35,091 nucleotides of DNA, taken from the NCBI RefSeq assembly GCF_001194135.2, contig NC_068998.1, positions 37,036,441 to 37,071,531 of the forward strand, written 5' to 3'. Each line of letters begins with the position of its first letter. Position 1 is the first letter of the stretch. A program made the translations under genes and the position numbers. Shown here in pieces: positions 34,325 to 35,091 of the stretch. Below the pieces are notes generated by a model, which did no database searches, had not been told where the DNA came from, and was given only the letters and a program-made list of their open reading frames with translations. The DNA comes from Octopus bimaculoides (Eukaryota).

Positions 34325-34512
34325 TCGCTGGGTAGATTGGTAGAATCAATATATGTTCTGGTACCTTATGCCTTAAATTCAATCCCTCTCGAGGCCAGCT
34401 TTGTCTTTCAATCTACCGTGGTCAGCAAAAATTGCAACATTAAAATACTAGGTTCGATTTACTCGGTTAATTCCTTGCCCCTAATTTGTGGCGTTGTGCG
34501 TATGATAGAAAT
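34325..34512 (+). mobile_element. SINE family A, highly degenerate
   Basis: Collinear remnants: GGTAGATTGGTAGAATC...TAAATTCAATCC...GAGGCCAGCTTTGTCTTTCA...TGTGGCGTTGTGCGTATGATAGAAA. Confidence 0.6.
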
Positions 34513-35091
34513 AGCTAATGATCTTCGCATACATGGATGGCTTCCAGTATCTTTCTGAACTGAATTCGCAATCAAACTAAAGTCCCTAACCCAGGTGACA
34601 AAAACAAAATAAAATAACCTTCATATGATTTTTTTTTATAATCGATCGCTTCCCGAAACCCAAACTCTGATGCTGTTAAGCCAAATTTAGAATGACATAT
34701 CAGTATATAAACATTATGAAAACGCCTGCGCTTCAGATAACTATACTTGGCTACGCAAATGGTAAGATAACTGCTCCATCCCAAGCGACATCACGGTTAT
34801 CAAACTTTTTTTCATCATCATCAGCAGCATCATCATCATCATCAGCATCATCATCATCATTATCACTATCTTCAAATAAAGGAAAGTCTCTGACAAAGGG
34901 CAAGAGATCTATTATGCTACATATTTTAACAGCCTCAAGAATACGACTTCTTACTCTCCCCTATGAAATCCTTTGTGCCAAATGAGATTATCACTTGTTT
35001 TATTTAAGTTATTCATTTATTCGGTTTCTGGATTTTTTTCCTATAAAGCAGTTCTTCAAGTTCGACTTAAACAGGTTAGAATTACACATAT

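Noticed and set aside
34692-34985. 97-aa Ser-rich ORF
   Set aside because: The Ser run derives from a (TCA)n microsatellite; there is no other coding signal.

Overview
AT-rich, repeat-dense eukaryotic non-coding DNA (intronic or intergenic) with seven N-gaps. The SINE families and microsatellite load resemble an octopus (coleoid cephalopod) genome; this is recognition from memory, not a database result. I cannot support any intact host protein-coding gene, RNA gene or CRISPR array, and nearly all supplied ORFs are microsatellite, gap or SINE artefacts. Supported content: about a dozen copies or fragments of one tRNA-derived SINE (family A); four bipartite SINEs with an internal microsatellite (family B/C); two decayed R4/Dong-like non-LTR retrotransposon 3' ends (restriction-like endonuclease; the 23.6-kb copy also has a CCHC knuckle); several MITE-like or Helitron-like elements; and a 49-bp tandem array. 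Most notable: (i) a perfect 103-bp inverted repeat with a 52-bp structured spacer (18884-19141); (ii) minimal hammerhead-ribozyme-like motifs of the Penelope type (27063-27102, with weaker ones near 14.8 kb and 26.8 kb) and tiny (TA)n-anchored mobile units, one with a 13-bp target-site duplication; (iii) a roughly 3-kb repeat-free island (10.55-13.4 kb) with a heavily decayed minus-strand ORF showing tentative P-loop NTPase-like features. Coordinates of degenerate repeats are approximate.
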